Source of the DNA: a virus
DNA: 64,000 nt
IMG/VR virus record: IMGVR_UViG_3300010430_000024
Coordinates: 9,647-73,646 of that record
Direction: 5' to 3' (one strand)
The notes under the pieces are model-generated. The model was not told the origin of the DNA and searched no databases. It saw only the letters and a program-made list of their open reading frames with translations. A program made the position numbers and the translations under genes. Positions 9,351 through 19,578 of this stretch are shown piece after piece. Numbering within the stretch: the first letter of the stretch is position 1; each line of letters begins with the position of its first letter.

Positions 9351-11006
9351 TTATCCTCTTTGACCTCCGTACATGCGAACAGGCTTGTTCACATGATTCA
9401 TCAGGTTGTCGTTGTCATCATCATCGTCCAAGAAGTCAGCACTCCACTTCTTCCTCAACCACAGCATTGCCATGGTGCAGGTGTCTACCAAGTCGTCATG
9501 ATCATCTGCCGGGAAGTTACCACACTGGGAAATCACTTCGCTTGCCCAGTTGCGCTTCACGTAGAAGACGCAACCACGCTCTAACACAAGAGACGCAGCG
9601 TGCGCTCGCACGAACTTCGAGTCAGTGACTTTGATTCGCGCTACGGGGAGGTTCGCACGCCGCATTTCCTGCGCCAAAGAGTGACCGGATGCCTTCTTCT
9701 CGATCAGCACCTTATCGGGTTTCCATAGCTCAGCAGCCTGCATTGCATTGTCACGCAACTCAGGGAACTCCATGCGTTTGTTCAGTCGCTCCAGCATGAT
9801 CAGGCACAGTCGTGTCTGTCCTTTGTATTGTGCTGTCCACGGCAACTTCGGATTGAGCCGCTCTTCGTACTCGAACACGCCCCACGTGGTCCGGGCACTG
9901 TAGTCATGCTCTTCATCCTCTTCAAATGCGGTGTCGTATGACTGGATGATCATGGACAGCTCTGGCAACTCTGGCTCTACCCACTCGCGCCAGTGATGCT
10001 CTTTCATGATGTTGCCGCCCTTGGCTGACGGGTTCTGCTGAATCTGTGACTCGAAGCCTCGCTCGGTCAGCTCCATGGAGAGCTTCGCCATCTCTTCAGG
10101 ACCGAAGCGATCCTCTTGCAGTAGGTCGTTCTCCACCTTACGTGGATCAGTGAAGATCAACTGCTCTTTGCGTAGCGGCGCTATGTGATCACCAAAGGTC
10201 CAGATTTCAGGATCAGCAGGGATGACTCTCTTGCTCTCCTTCTTCGCCTTGGTGATGCAGCGAGTCTTCGGCATGAAGTAACCGGGAAGGTTGAGGTGCA
10301 CCCACCCACCAGTTGAGAGTACATGCCCCGGAAGGTCTTGGTGATGACCCCGCTGTGCGATGATCACGCGACCGAGCTTCTTCATGTCGTTGCCACGTGT
10401 TGACATGGTGTCTCGCCACCAGTCGATTACGCCTGCGCGGATCGTGTCGGAGTTGATCTCTTTCATGTTGTGAGCGTCATCCACTACGATGCGATCACCA
10501 CCCTCACCCGTTGCAGTACCACCTACTGATGTCGCCAGTCGGTAGCCGTAGTAATCGTTATCGAACCTGCCCTTCTGGTTGAGGTCGCTCGACAACTGAT
10601 AGCAATCCCCGAAACGCTCCTGATACCAAGGCGACTGTATTAAGCGGCGACACTTCACGCTGTCTCGAATCGTCAGGGACGATGCGTACGTTGCAAACAG
10701 CCACTGTGTTGATGGGTTCCATGTCCATTCCCAAGCAGGCCACATGACAGCCACGACCGTGGACTTCGAGTGTCGTGGTGGGATGTTGATCACGAGGTCA
10801 TCGATATCACCCAGTGATACATACGTGAGGTGCTCACAGATGGCATCGATGTGCCAGCCGCTCTTGAATTCCTTGCCCGGTTCAACCACGTGCCATGCTT
10901 CAGCGACGAACCTCTTCAGGTCTCGCTTCATCTCTTCAGCCTGTGCCCACGTCCACAGTCGTGAGGCTGAGTGCTGGTCTATATCTTGTGGGAGAATTTC
11001 AATCAT
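9351..11006 (-). CDS. terL: Terminase large subunit
   Basis: INIPPRHSKS Walker A, IVVDD Walker B, nuclease SYDTA/IEKKASG/HDDLVD. Confidence 0.95.
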   Translation of the reverse strand: MIEILPQDIDQHSASRLWTWAQAEEMKRDLKRFVAEAWHVVEPGKEFKSGWHIDAICEHLTYVSLGDIDDLVINIPPRHSKSTVVAVMWPAWEWTWNPSTQWLFATYASSLTIRDSVKCRRLIQSPWYQERFGDCYQLSSDLNQKGRFDNDYYGYRLATSVGGTATGEGGDRIVVDDAHNMKEINSDTIRAGVIDWWRDTMSTRGNDMKKLGRVIIAQRGHHQDLPGHVLSTGGWVHLNLPGYFMPKTRCITKAKKESKRVIPADPEIWTFGDHIAPLRKEQLIFTDPRKVENDLLQEDRFGPEEMAKLSMELTERGFESQIQQNPSAKGGNIMKEHHWREWVEPELPELSMIIQSYDTAFEEDEEHDYSARTTWGVFEYEERLNPKLPWTAQYKGQTRLCLIMLERLNKRMEFPELRDNAMQAAELWKPDKVLIEKKASGHSLAQEMRRANLPVARIKVTDSKFVRAHAASLVLERGCVFYVKRNWASEVISQCGNFPADDHDDLVDTCTMAMLWLRKKWSADFLDDDDDNDNLMNHVNKPVRMYGGQRG

Positions 11007-11809
11007 GTTCGCAAACTGAAGAACTTCGCGACCGTCAACAGACGACGCACGACGAACTCTCCGAATGAACTGGTAACTGTGTGAGCTGAGATCAGGGCAT
11101 CCCAGACGGCTGCTGCCTGAGCATCTGCTGTGGTCTGTGCAAGGATCGCTGCGATGTCAGCTTCGAGATCAGGTAAGCCTGCAATCGTTCCTGATGACGA
11201 TAGCGTCACCACCACCTGCGTGAAGGCAGTCGGTGAGATTGCATTGGTGGGAACCAAGAGCGTGTCCAGCCCTACCACGTTGCCACCCTGTACCGTCATC
11301 TGCTCGACATTGAAGACGTGATAGAAGTCACCGAACTGGAAAGAGTTGTCGATGCCGTTCACCAGCGTCTTCGTGGTCAGTGTGTTCAGGTCATCAACTG
11401 CTATGACATCAGCGATGCTTCGGTCTGTGAAGTTGATCACCAGTGAGCCACGATCAACACCAGCAGTAACGAAGTCAGCTGCCGTATCAACGAAGGTGAT
11501 CTCTCCCTGTAGTGTTGGTGCGCCTGATGCGGTGGTTACCGTACCAGTCTCAGCAGGTGTGGTACGTGCCTCGAATGCCAGCTTCAGGTCTTGCTCTGAC
11601 AGGGTGATGTCAACCAGCTTGCCACCACCAAGGTCATCCTTGCCGCCTGCGCTAATCAGGAATGGGTGCGACATAGCCTGAAAGGATGACTCGAACGGAC
11701 GTGTGGTATCGACGTAATCCTGCACCAGCAATTCTACTGATGGTGAGGCGACCTCTGCGACCCTTGGGGATCGTCTTAGATCATACGTTACGTCCGTTCG
11801 TGTGGTCAT
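11003..11809 (-). CDS. Putative virion protein
   Basis: 268 aa; shares DxxADFVTxGV...DLNTL segment with the 851-aa protein. Confidence 0.55.
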   Translation of the reverse strand: MTTRTDVTYDLRRSPRVAEVASPSVELLVQDYVDTTRPFESSFQAMSHPFLISAGGKDDLGGGKLVDITLSEQDLKLAFEARTTPAETGTVTTASGAPTLQGEITFVDTAADFVTAGVDRGSLVINFTDRSIADVIAVDDLNTLTTKTLVNGIDNSFQFGDFYHVFNVEQMTVQGGNVVGLDTLLVPTNAISPTAFTQVVVTLSSSGTIAGLPDLEADIAAILAQTTADAQAAAVWDALISAHTVTSSFGEFVVRRLLTVAKFFSLRT

Positions 11810-12369
11810 GATCCTTCTGCTACTGCTCCCAGTTTTGCCAGCTCTTTGTCACGCTGCCTGCACAGTGCTAAGCACTCACTGAACTCCTTGATGCTCGCGT
11901 CCTCTGCAACGATGACTGCCTTGCAACGCTCGATGCCCTCATTGTTCTGGATGATCTGCTTCCTCATGGCCTTCACGTCGTATGGTGGGAACTTCTTCTT
12001 CAGCTCTCTGATGCCATCGTCACGAACCTGTGCCGTTATACCGTTAGAGCCTTGTCCTTTTTCCAGCTTGTAAATCTCATCATCACGGTGCTGGCACATC
12101 CTGATCTGACCGTCGTACTCACTGGTCATTGTGTTGAGCTGACTCATGGTCGTCTGCATTCGCTTCTTGTTGTCTTCGCACTCATGGATGCGAGAGACCA
12201 AGTAGTCAATGCGGTGTGTCGGGTACTCCGCATTGACTGTCTCGATTGCATGTAACCGTTCAGCCTTAATGGCCTCTGGCAACTGTGCCTTCGCCTCATT
12301 ACCCAGACCAAGGGGCAGCTCATCAATCCTCTGCCCCTTGATGCGGATACTATCTACGCCTTTACTCAT
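11806..12369 (-). CDS. Coiled-coil hypothetical protein
   Basis: 187 aa helical ORF, ATGA overlap. Confidence 0.55.
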   Translation of the reverse strand: MSKGVDSIRIKGQRIDELPLGLGNEAKAQLPEAIKAERLHAIETVNAEYPTHRIDYLVSRIHECEDNKKRMQTTMSQLNTMTSEYDGQIRMCQHRDDEIYKLEKGQGSNGITAQVRDDGIRELKKKFPPYDVKAMRKQIIQNNEGIERCKAVIVAEDASIKEFSECLALCRQRDKELAKLGAVAEGS

Positions 12370-12384
12370 ACCCCTGTCTCCTGA

Positions 12385-14940
12385 TTACGTGGCGATTGTG
12401 TCTAGCTGCCTTACAACGGTCACTGCACCACCACTGGCTGTTACTTCTGCGTTCTGCGTGAATGGCAGGATCACCTTGCCCTGCCTGACGTTCACTACAG
12501 TGTCGAACACTGTTGATTGTACGAACGTGTTACTGGTCGTCGCACCTGTTGCTTCTACATCGAGAATCAAGTCGTACACAGTGTCGCTCGTGTCGTATGC
12601 CTGAATCGTCTCGTTGATGGTGTACGCCTCGCCAGAATCAGCGAGACCTCCAGCACCGTATACCAGCCTGATCACCAGCGTGTTGAGGTCAGTCCTGCTC
12701 ACCACTTCAAAGGTTGAGCTGCCAACAGACGCGAAGTGAATCAACATGCCCGGATTCACACCGTCAGTTACAAAGTCAGCAGTCGAGTCTTCGAGCAACG
12801 TATCTGTCGTACCTGTCGTGGTTGAGCTTGGAGTGACCGGATGCAAGACGAATGAACCACCTGCGCCTGTCACCCTGCTGTCGTACTCGTAGCGATGCTC
12901 TTCCTGCTCATCAACTGCGACCACTCGAACGTAACCAGCGGTTGGCACTTCGGTATCGACCGTGCCAGTGATCAGCAGAGTCGTTGCAGATATTCCCGTC
13001 GCTGCCATGCCACCGAACTGATCCTTATCGATGATGCCATCAACACCTGTGTCGCGAGCCACCAGCACCCTGTCGAGGGCCGCTGTATTCGAGACGATGA
13101 ATGACACGGTATTCGGGCTAACCCGTTGCGTACCGTTGTCATCGATCAGCGTGTATGCCTGCGTGTCGTTGTCGTGCTGTCCTGTGTACAGGATGCCGCG
13201 ACTTCCGAACAACTGAGTACCTGTGAACGTGCCGAATGGTGAGCCTTTGTTACTCGATGGGAAGTTCTGAATTGCCCCACCAGCGCCACCAGTGTCTGCA
13301 TTAACCGTGTCACCACCAGTCGTATCAGTCAGCAGGTCATTGTCAGCGATGCCATCAAGTGACGTTTGCTGATCGGTGACCATGATGTAGTTCTGCAACG
13401 TGCCTTCACCTGCTGCTGTTGCATTCACACCAAGCACTCGTGCTGTGTAGCCACCCTGCCCGGTGATGTCATCACCCTGAGTGAATGTGCCTGACTCAGT
13501 GACGGTCCAGACCTGCGCCTCGATGCCGTGATACTGCTCACCATCAACAGAGCAAGCCACCGTGTCCCAGAACGTGTTGTCCTGTCCACGTCGCGTCACA
13601 TACTTGATGCGCTCGTAGACATCGGCTACTGCGACACCGTTGGCACCCGGACCCTGTGCATCAATCGTCACCGAGTACGGCTCGGTTGTGCCTGATCCAT
13701 CATGGTCGGACAGCACATGACCGATGGTAATAGTCACTGTGCCACCGTTGCCTGCACCCGTCTCAGTCGGTCCACCTACATTCGCTGTCGGTGCGCCGTT
13801 GATCGTGCCGTTACGGTTGGCACTGGTGAAGGTGTCAGTCGTGGCAAATGGTGTGAGGTCTCCTACCTCGTAGTACTCGAACGTACCAGTTGCACCTGAG
13901 TCATTGACTGCGGTGACAACGTACGCGCCACCCTCCTTACTGCCAGTCGTGTTGTCCAGTACATCACCGACAAGCATCGCTGTACCCGTACCTGACTGCC
14001 ACACACCAGCCCAGTAGCCAGTGGTGTTGTTGATGTCAGGACTGGATGCCAGCGGCAGAGCTGAAAAGCCACCTGCTGCGACGTTCAGTCGGAAGTTGTC
14101 GTACAGGGATGTATACCTGCGAGCGAAGACCTCCAAGTCCTCGTCAGCGATGTCAACACCCTGTGTTCTGGTACGGACCAGAATGGAGATGATGCCCAGT
14201 GCGAGGGTTGGATCGGTTGCCCACCACTGGAACACATTGGTCGCTGAGTCTGCCAGCTTGATGCGGTTCTGCACCACGTACACCTCGGTAGCTGTTGGAA
14301 CGCTACCAATCGCCTGAATGGCTGTGTACTTGGTGATGCCGTCAGTCTCACCAGCGTCTGGTGTGTTCGAGCCTGTACCAGCTGGTGTATCACCTGTGCA
14401 ACTGATCGTGCCAGTCGTGTCATCGAATGAATCACCCGTTCCCGGTGTCGAGTCATCGGGCCTGATCCAGCACACGTTGGTGCCGTCAGGTTCGACCTCG
14501 AAGTCGAGTAGCGTACCAGTGTCGCCTGACACTGATGCCACTACCTGCTTGCCGATGTCACCAGCCACGAAGTCCGTGACGATGGTGTACGGTTTGCGAA
14601 TCACGCCGTTGCCGTTGGTGTCTGGCAAGATGACGTTGGTCCAGTCGGCTGTGATCGTTCCTTCTTTCAGGAACTCGGTTGACGAACGTGGGATGAAGTA
14701 CTTGTTCTCCATCGTGAATGCGTTCGGTGTGGTCGGCAGCATGGGGTTTGTGAATCCCATGGCCTGAAACGCATCAGCCTCATCAGCAACGGCTGAGTAA
14801 AGCTGGAGCGTCGTATAGACGGTTGTGCCTGCGCCTGATGCACGACGTATCATTCTCATGCCAGCATTTGCGTCAGCACCTACCGTCTCGTCATCAAAGA
14901 GGATTTCAAAGTCACCTCCGAGAATGCTGAGTGTAGTCAT
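12385..14940 (-). CDS. Large Gly/Thr/Asp-rich putative virion appendage protein
   Basis: 851 aa; composition typical of structural fibre/decoration proteins; GGAG SD. Confidence 0.6.
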   Translation of the reverse strand: MTTLSILGGDFEILFDDETVGADANAGMRMIRRASGAGTTVYTTLQLYSAVADEADAFQAMGFTNPMLPTTPNAFTMENKYFIPRSSTEFLKEGTITADWTNVILPDTNGNGVIRKPYTIVTDFVAGDIGKQVVASVSGDTGTLLDFEVEPDGTNVCWIRPDDSTPGTGDSFDDTTGTISCTGDTPAGTGSNTPDAGETDGITKYTAIQAIGSVPTATEVYVVQNRIKLADSATNVFQWWATDPTLALGIISILVRTRTQGVDIADEDLEVFARRYTSLYDNFRLNVAAGGFSALPLASSPDINNTTGYWAGVWQSGTGTAMLVGDVLDNTTGSKEGGAYVVTAVNDSGATGTFEYYEVGDLTPFATTDTFTSANRNGTINGAPTANVGGPTETGAGNGGTVTITIGHVLSDHDGSGTTEPYSVTIDAQGPGANGVAVADVYERIKYVTRRGQDNTFWDTVACSVDGEQYHGIEAQVWTVTESGTFTQGDDITGQGGYTARVLGVNATAAGEGTLQNYIMVTDQQTSLDGIADNDLLTDTTGGDTVNADTGGAGGAIQNFPSSNKGSPFGTFTGTQLFGSRGILYTGQHDNDTQAYTLIDDNGTQRVSPNTVSFIVSNTAALDRVLVARDTGVDGIIDKDQFGGMAATGISATTLLITGTVDTEVPTAGYVRVVAVDEQEEHRYEYDSRVTGAGGSFVLHPVTPSSTTTGTTDTLLEDSTADFVTDGVNPGMLIHFASVGSSTFEVVSRTDLNTLVIRLVYGAGGLADSGEAYTINETIQAYDTSDTVYDLILDVEATGATTSNTFVQSTVFDTVVNVRQGKVILPFTQNAEVTASGGAVTVVRQLDTIAT

Positions 14941-14952
14941 TGCGTGTTACTC

Positions 14953-17082
14953 CTAATCATTTAGTGGATCGAACTTTGCGATGGAGTCCACGGCTTGAGA
15001 AAGAGTAGCGGTAAGACCTGATGATGTAATGGTGCGAACAAGTTCGCCCGTTGGTGGTATGGGGAGATAGCGCGTCACATCTAGCGTGGCACTTCTGCCC
15101 AAGGCTTGGTTCGGAGACGATACCGAACCCACCAGCGCCCGTACAAAGAAGAACGGACCCTGTGAATTGATGGTCGTGGTAGCCCAGTCACCCGGTGCGG
15201 TCCACGACACGATGTTTGATCCTGACACACTGAACGACGATGTGCCATCCGTCACGCCAGTCAGTGCTGTCCATGCACCGTTCCAATACTGCCACGTGAT
15301 GGTGAAGCCTGAGCCTACATCACTGACATACTGCTTCAGTCGCGTGAACTCTTCCGAGTGACCGTACAGGTACGCATCACCGTTCACTGCTGTGGCTGGA
15401 GTCAGTGTCATGTCATCCACGGCATTGCTATTGGATACGGTTGTCTCATCGGTGAACGCTCCACCATCATCAGCGATGGCAGCGTTACACAGTCCTTGGT
15501 TACGCGCCCTGACAAGAACGTCGATTCCAGCACCAAAGGCTGCTTCGTAGTTGAATGTGGTGTCGGTCACTTTGCCAGTCGAGTCAGCCAGTCCTTCGAG
15601 CAACACATCACCGATAGTTACTGTGCCTAGTGTTTCGTTGGCAATCATGGTCGCTGCTGTGCCTTCCGCAAGACCATCGATGGTGATCGTGACAGCGTTG
15701 TTGATGGTCGGTGCTGTGCCTGAGTCCCTGATGGTGGGCGTAGCACCACCGTTCTGGATATTGATCGTTACAGCCGCATTAACTGAGATGTACACCTCTG
15801 CGTCTGTCGTGGCATCAGCGCCATAGCCGCTGTATGTGAAGTTGTCAAAGTCATAGGTGCCTGTCACGCTGATCTCGATGGCGTGACCTGTGCCGTCACT
15901 GTTGAACACAGCGCCAGCCACATTGTTACTGTCGCCACTGGTATCCAGTAGCACCGCACCGTTGGCATCGGTCGTACCGTTGTACGTCAGGTCCGACATG
16001 TTCATGCCGTTCCATATCATCTGGTCACAGTTGTTGAACGTGATCGAATCAGCGTTCTTGGATGCGTCAACACCCGGCCATGTGATTGCACCGAAGTCCA
16101 CGAATGAGCTGCCATCAAGAGTGATCTCATCAAAGTCTGCGTTGTCGAAGTAGAACTGACAGCGTGTACCAATGCTCTGGTTGGTAACACGTGTCTGCCT
16201 GAAGATGTTGGTGCCAGTGGCGTTACCTACCACTCGCATCGGGAAGTGATTGGCACCCACTGCGTGTCCACCACCATTGTCACCCACATACAGCCATGTC
16301 TCATCAGTGCCAGCGAATGCTGTAGTTGCAGTGCCTGCGTCTCCCCACTCTGTAGGCACGAAGATATAGTACGTTGAGCCAATGGGGTTCGAGAACATAC
16401 CAGCACCGACCGTGATGTCATCACCCACCAAGTCAGTCATAGTCTCTGGCGTACCTGATGTGCCTCCAGAGATGGTTGCACAGTAACCTGTGGTCGCGCT
16501 GGTGCTGTTGGCAAGGTAGTAGATGCCATCGAAGAAGGTGTTCGGGATCGTACCCTGTCCCTTAATCAGATGGATTGAGCCGTAACCCACCTGCTTGATG
16601 ATGGTCTGATCAAGCGTGGCTTCAGTACCTGCGTGAGTGTAGAAGTCCACGTTATCGGTGCCGGGTGCTGCCACGATAACTGACACATCCAGCTTCATGG
16701 TTGAGTACTTCTTCTCGTACGGTAAACCAATAACATCATAGCCAGCCACTGCATACCCGATGACATGGGTGCTGGTGCCATCTGCTGTGTCAGCGAGAAC
16801 AACCTGAGCGCCGAGTCCTGCAAAATTATCGTGCAGGTTGTCCTTGATCATCAGGTAGATGGTGGAGTCGGACAGATCAAGGTTGAACGTCGAACCAGCA
16901 GCGTCCTGATCGTATGCCAGATACTCCTGTGCGTTGGTAACCTGAAACTGCAACGCATTGGTGCCTTCGATGACAACACCAGACTCTGCTGTGTTCGACT
17001 GCGGGTCAGCGTTACTGTCCGATGCTACATCAGCAACAGCTTCACAATCTTGGAGTTGGGTTCTGTTATCAGCGAGTGCCAT
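14953..17082 (-). CDS. Large putative virion protein (beta-helix-like)
   Basis: 709 aa Gly/Thr/Asp/Asn-rich, repetitive beta pattern. Confidence 0.6.
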   Translation of the reverse strand: MALADNRTQLQDCEAVADVASDSNADPQSNTAESGVVIEGTNALQFQVTNAQEYLAYDQDAAGSTFNLDLSDSTIYLMIKDNLHDNFAGLGAQVVLADTADGTSTHVIGYAVAGYDVIGLPYEKKYSTMKLDVSVIVAAPGTDNVDFYTHAGTEATLDQTIIKQVGYGSIHLIKGQGTIPNTFFDGIYYLANSTSATTGYCATISGGTSGTPETMTDLVGDDITVGAGMFSNPIGSTYYIFVPTEWGDAGTATTAFAGTDETWLYVGDNGGGHAVGANHFPMRVVGNATGTNIFRQTRVTNQSIGTRCQFYFDNADFDEITLDGSSFVDFGAITWPGVDASKNADSITFNNCDQMIWNGMNMSDLTYNGTTDANGAVLLDTSGDSNNVAGAVFNSDGTGHAIEISVTGTYDFDNFTYSGYGADATTDAEVYISVNAAVTINIQNGGATPTIRDSGTAPTINNAVTITIDGLAEGTAATMIANETLGTVTIGDVLLEGLADSTGKVTDTTFNYEAAFGAGIDVLVRARNQGLCNAAIADDGGAFTDETTVSNSNAVDDMTLTPATAVNGDAYLYGHSEEFTRLKQYVSDVGSGFTITWQYWNGAWTALTGVTDGTSSFSVSGSNIVSWTAPGDWATTTINSQGPFFFVRALVGSVSSPNQALGRSATLDVTRYLPIPPTGELVRTITSSGLTATLSQAVDSIAKFDPLND

Positions 17083-17493
17083 CTACTGACCCCACCTGAC
17101 TGCTAACGCGATGGCTGCTGCATTGCATCCATAGAGGTGAGCCTTGGTTGGTCCAGCCTCAGTGCTGATGCTGTAGGTCTCATTGACTCGTGCGTGTTCC
17201 ATGTTGTTCATAGCAGTGTTGCCCACCACGATCACGATGTCCTCATCCTGTGGTATGGCAGACACCGGGTTGTAACCTGTTGGCTCAAGGAAGACTCGTG
17301 TACCCGGACCAGCACTAAGCAGTGCCGTCATCATGTTGTCGCACTGCATGAAGGCGTAGTTATCCATCGACTCAACCACAGGCGTGAAGATGAAGTTGTC
17401 AACCTTGAATGATCCCTTCAGTTGTCGCCACAGCTGCCACTCCACTTCAGGTGGCATCTGCGTGGTCTCCCATCGTGCGACGACCGTGATCAC
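17083..17493 (-). CDS. SPOUT (SpoU/TrmH-like) methyltransferase-like protein
   Basis: C-terminus DIVIVVGNT...YSIST...HLYGCNAAAIALAVRWGQ resembles SpoU motifs (hhhGxE...hxIP...SLNxxxAAxIxLY). Confidence 0.4.
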   Translation of the reverse strand: MITVVARWETTQMPPEVEWQLWRQLKGSFKVDNFIFTPVVESMDNYAFMQCDNMMTALLSAGPGTRVFLEPTGYNPVSAIPQDEDIVIVVGNTAMNNMEHARVNETYSISTEAGPTKAHLYGCNAAAIALAVRWGQ

Positions 17494-17663
17494 CTATTCA
17501 GGTCATCCGACATTGGCTTGCGTGCCTTCGGTCTATTGCGACCGGGATGTGCTCCACCCGGACCTGAATCACCCGGCTTGCCCGGTGTGGTTATCTTCTT
17601 CGGCTTTGTCTTTGCTCGCTCTGGTTTAGCCCAGTCGCGCCGCTGTCTGCTCATGTTGCTCAT
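17490..17663 (-). CDS. Small basic peptide (57 aa)
   Basis: MSNMSRQRRDWAKPERAKTKPKKITTPGKPG...; AGGAG SD; GTGA overlap with next gene; not in ORF track. Confidence 0.45.
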   Translation of the reverse strand: MSNMSRQRRDWAKPERAKTKPKKITTPGKPGDSGPGGAHPGRNRPKARKPMSDDLNR

Positions 17664-17672
17664 CTGCTGCTC

Positions 17673-18293
17673 CTATGAGTACGACAGGCTTAGCCTGTTG
17701 TCCCAGATGTTATCGAAGTTATCGTTGCCATCAGCAAACACGATAGCGATGTCACCGTCTGACTGCATGGTCAGTCGTGAGATGCGCCATGATGCTGCTG
17801 ATGTGAGTACACCGGGGAGTGCGTCACCACGGTAGGTCACCTCTGGAAATACAGAGGGGTCAATGGTGTCTGATCGAGTTGTTAGTGCCAAGCTGCCCGG
17901 ACTCCCTTGCAAGACCCATGACCCAGTGACCTTGAGATAGATGTCACCGTTGTCTGCGTCAGTGTAGACATCTCCATCGCTACCCAGACCAGCGCCCGGT
18001 GCGCCGTTGCCAACGTAGTGAGTATTGCCATCAGCGCCGTCCTGACCACTAACTCCTGCTGGACCAGCCGCACCATCAGCACCATCTTCTCCCTGCTCAC
18101 CCTGTGGGCCGCGTGGTGGCGTGTCTGATATGAGACCTTCTTCGTACCCTTCCTCATAGGCTGTCCACGAGCCACGGACCACTGATGCGTCGTAAGGGTT
18201 GTCGCGAGGACGACCAAACAAGGCATCGTTGAAGCCGTGGTCGAATGCGATCTTGCGTTGTCCAGAATATGCCAATGACTGTTCCCAATACAC
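17673..18293 (-). CDS. Collagen-repeat protein with RMF-like N-terminus
   Basis: GPQGEQGEDGADGAAGPAG repeats; GSDGDVYTD..NGDIYLK fibre motif. Confidence 0.6.
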   Translation of the reverse strand: MYWEQSLAYSGQRKIAFDHGFNDALFGRPRDNPYDASVVRGSWTAYEEGYEEGLISDTPPRGPQGEQGEDGADGAAGPAGVSGQDGADGNTHYVGNGAPGAGLGSDGDVYTDADNGDIYLKVTGSWVLQGSPGSLALTTRSDTIDPSVFPEVTYRGDALPGVLTSAASWRISRLTMQSDGDIAIVFADGNDNFDNIWDNRLSLSYS

Positions 18294-18444
18294 ATAGGGC
18301 AGCGGTTAAGCTGCCCCTGTTTGTTTGAGTCGCCACCTGTGGCAGGGACTAGGTGTTGATGGCTCAGCACCGTGCGCTATTCGTTACTGATTACTGACCG
18401 CGCTTGATCGCCATCGTTGTGAATCTTATACCATCAGCTGCTAA

Positions 18445-18567
18445 TCAGCCAGTCTTCTTCTTTGACTTCTTCTTGGTCTTCTTTTTGGTGGTAGCCGTAC
18501 CAGCTGATTGCTTAGCACGCAGCTCTTGGAGTTTGCGCCTCTGCGCCATGAAGGGTGTCTCGCTCAT
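18445..18567 (-). CDS. Lys-rich 40-aa peptide
   Basis: MSETPFMAQRRKLQELRAKQSAGTATTKKKTKKKSKKKTG; hand translated. Confidence 0.4.
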   Translation of the reverse strand: MSETPFMAQRRKLQELRAKQSAGTATTKKKTKKKSKKKTG

Positions 18568-18876
18568 AGTGTTAGTTCCATGTGATTAGCCCCTGTCGTA
18601 GATCATCGACCTCTTGCGCGGTCAATCCGAATGGTTCAGTTGTATTCCACGAGTGGTGGCGCAGCTCGAAGTGAGTGCCACAGTTGACGACCATGATGCT
18701 GTCACCCTCGTTCGGGCACAGTCGGTACACATCCACAGTGCCCGTCAGCTCATCGATTCCATCTTTGTTGCTCATGCGGTGCCTCGTCATACTATGCACC
18801 CCTGCAACGCCACTGTAACGCTTAGACGGGACAATGCAACTCCATATCGTCTTCAGTACCAACCTTACACCAACCA

Positions 18877-19398
18877 TTATCTCCATCCCTTGAGACCGTC
18901 CTCATCTTCTCGTATGCGCTCTCTTGGTGTGTAGGCTGTCGAGTAGTAGTCAGGCTCGTACACCTTGTCAGCAACGATCACATCATCTCCCAGTGAGTTC
19001 ACGCAGCTCCAGTACTCACGCTGCTGAGTGCTCTGTGAGCATTGCTGCTCTAAGGGGCTTTTGGTCCTATCCTGTGCCAGTGTTCCCTCAGTGAGGTGCT
19101 CTGGGTTCTCTATACGGTATCCTGATGCCAGTGACACCATGTTAGGTGTGTCTGCTTGCATAGGGGCTAGGGCTTTACTTGCGTGTCTTGCCAACCAACT
19201 GTAGAACTTCTTGATTGTGACCGTCTCATACTCAGGACCAATGTACCTGATGTTGTTGCCCATGATCTCGAAGATTGATGGACCATAGAACTGCTTGCCA
19301 CTGGGTATCGAGATCATCTTCTGTCCCGGTATCCACAGTCCAGCTGCGGTCATCACACCACCTGCCATCAGTCCCTTCAGTAAGTCTCGTCTGTTCAT
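18877..19398 (-). CDS. Tat-signal protein carrying a homologue of the N-terminal domain of the 851-aa virion protein
   Basis: MNRRDLLK + hydrophobic stretch; FYS..A..A...PM...TPN...Y.I...E.L.EGT matches the start of 12385-14940. Confidence 0.65.
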   Translation of the reverse strand: MNRRDLLKGLMAGGVMTAAGLWIPGQKMISIPSGKQFYGPSIFEIMGNNIRYIGPEYETVTIKKFYSWLARHASKALAPMQADTPNMVSLASGYRIENPEHLTEGTLAQDRTKSPLEQQCSQSTQQREYWSCVNSLGDDVIVADKVYEPDYYSTAYTPRERIREDEDGLKGWR

Positions 19399-19577
19399 TC
19401 CATAAATTCCCGGTACATCCTGTCCAGCAACTCCTGATCACTCTCCCTCCAGATGAAGGGCTTTGTGTACGGTGCGCCAGTGATCTTGATGTGCATCTCC
19501 TTGGCTGTCTCGATCATGGCGTGCTTCATCGCGTCCTTGATCCGCATCTCTTCGTATCCGTGGTTACCGTTCACCAT
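19395..19577 (-). CDS. Hypothetical protein
   Basis: 60 aa, coupled to both Tat ORFs. Confidence 0.45.
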   Translation of the reverse strand: MVNGNHGYEEMRIKDAMKHAMIETAKEMHIKITGAPYTKPFIWRESDQELLDRMYREFME

Positions 19578-19578
19578 G

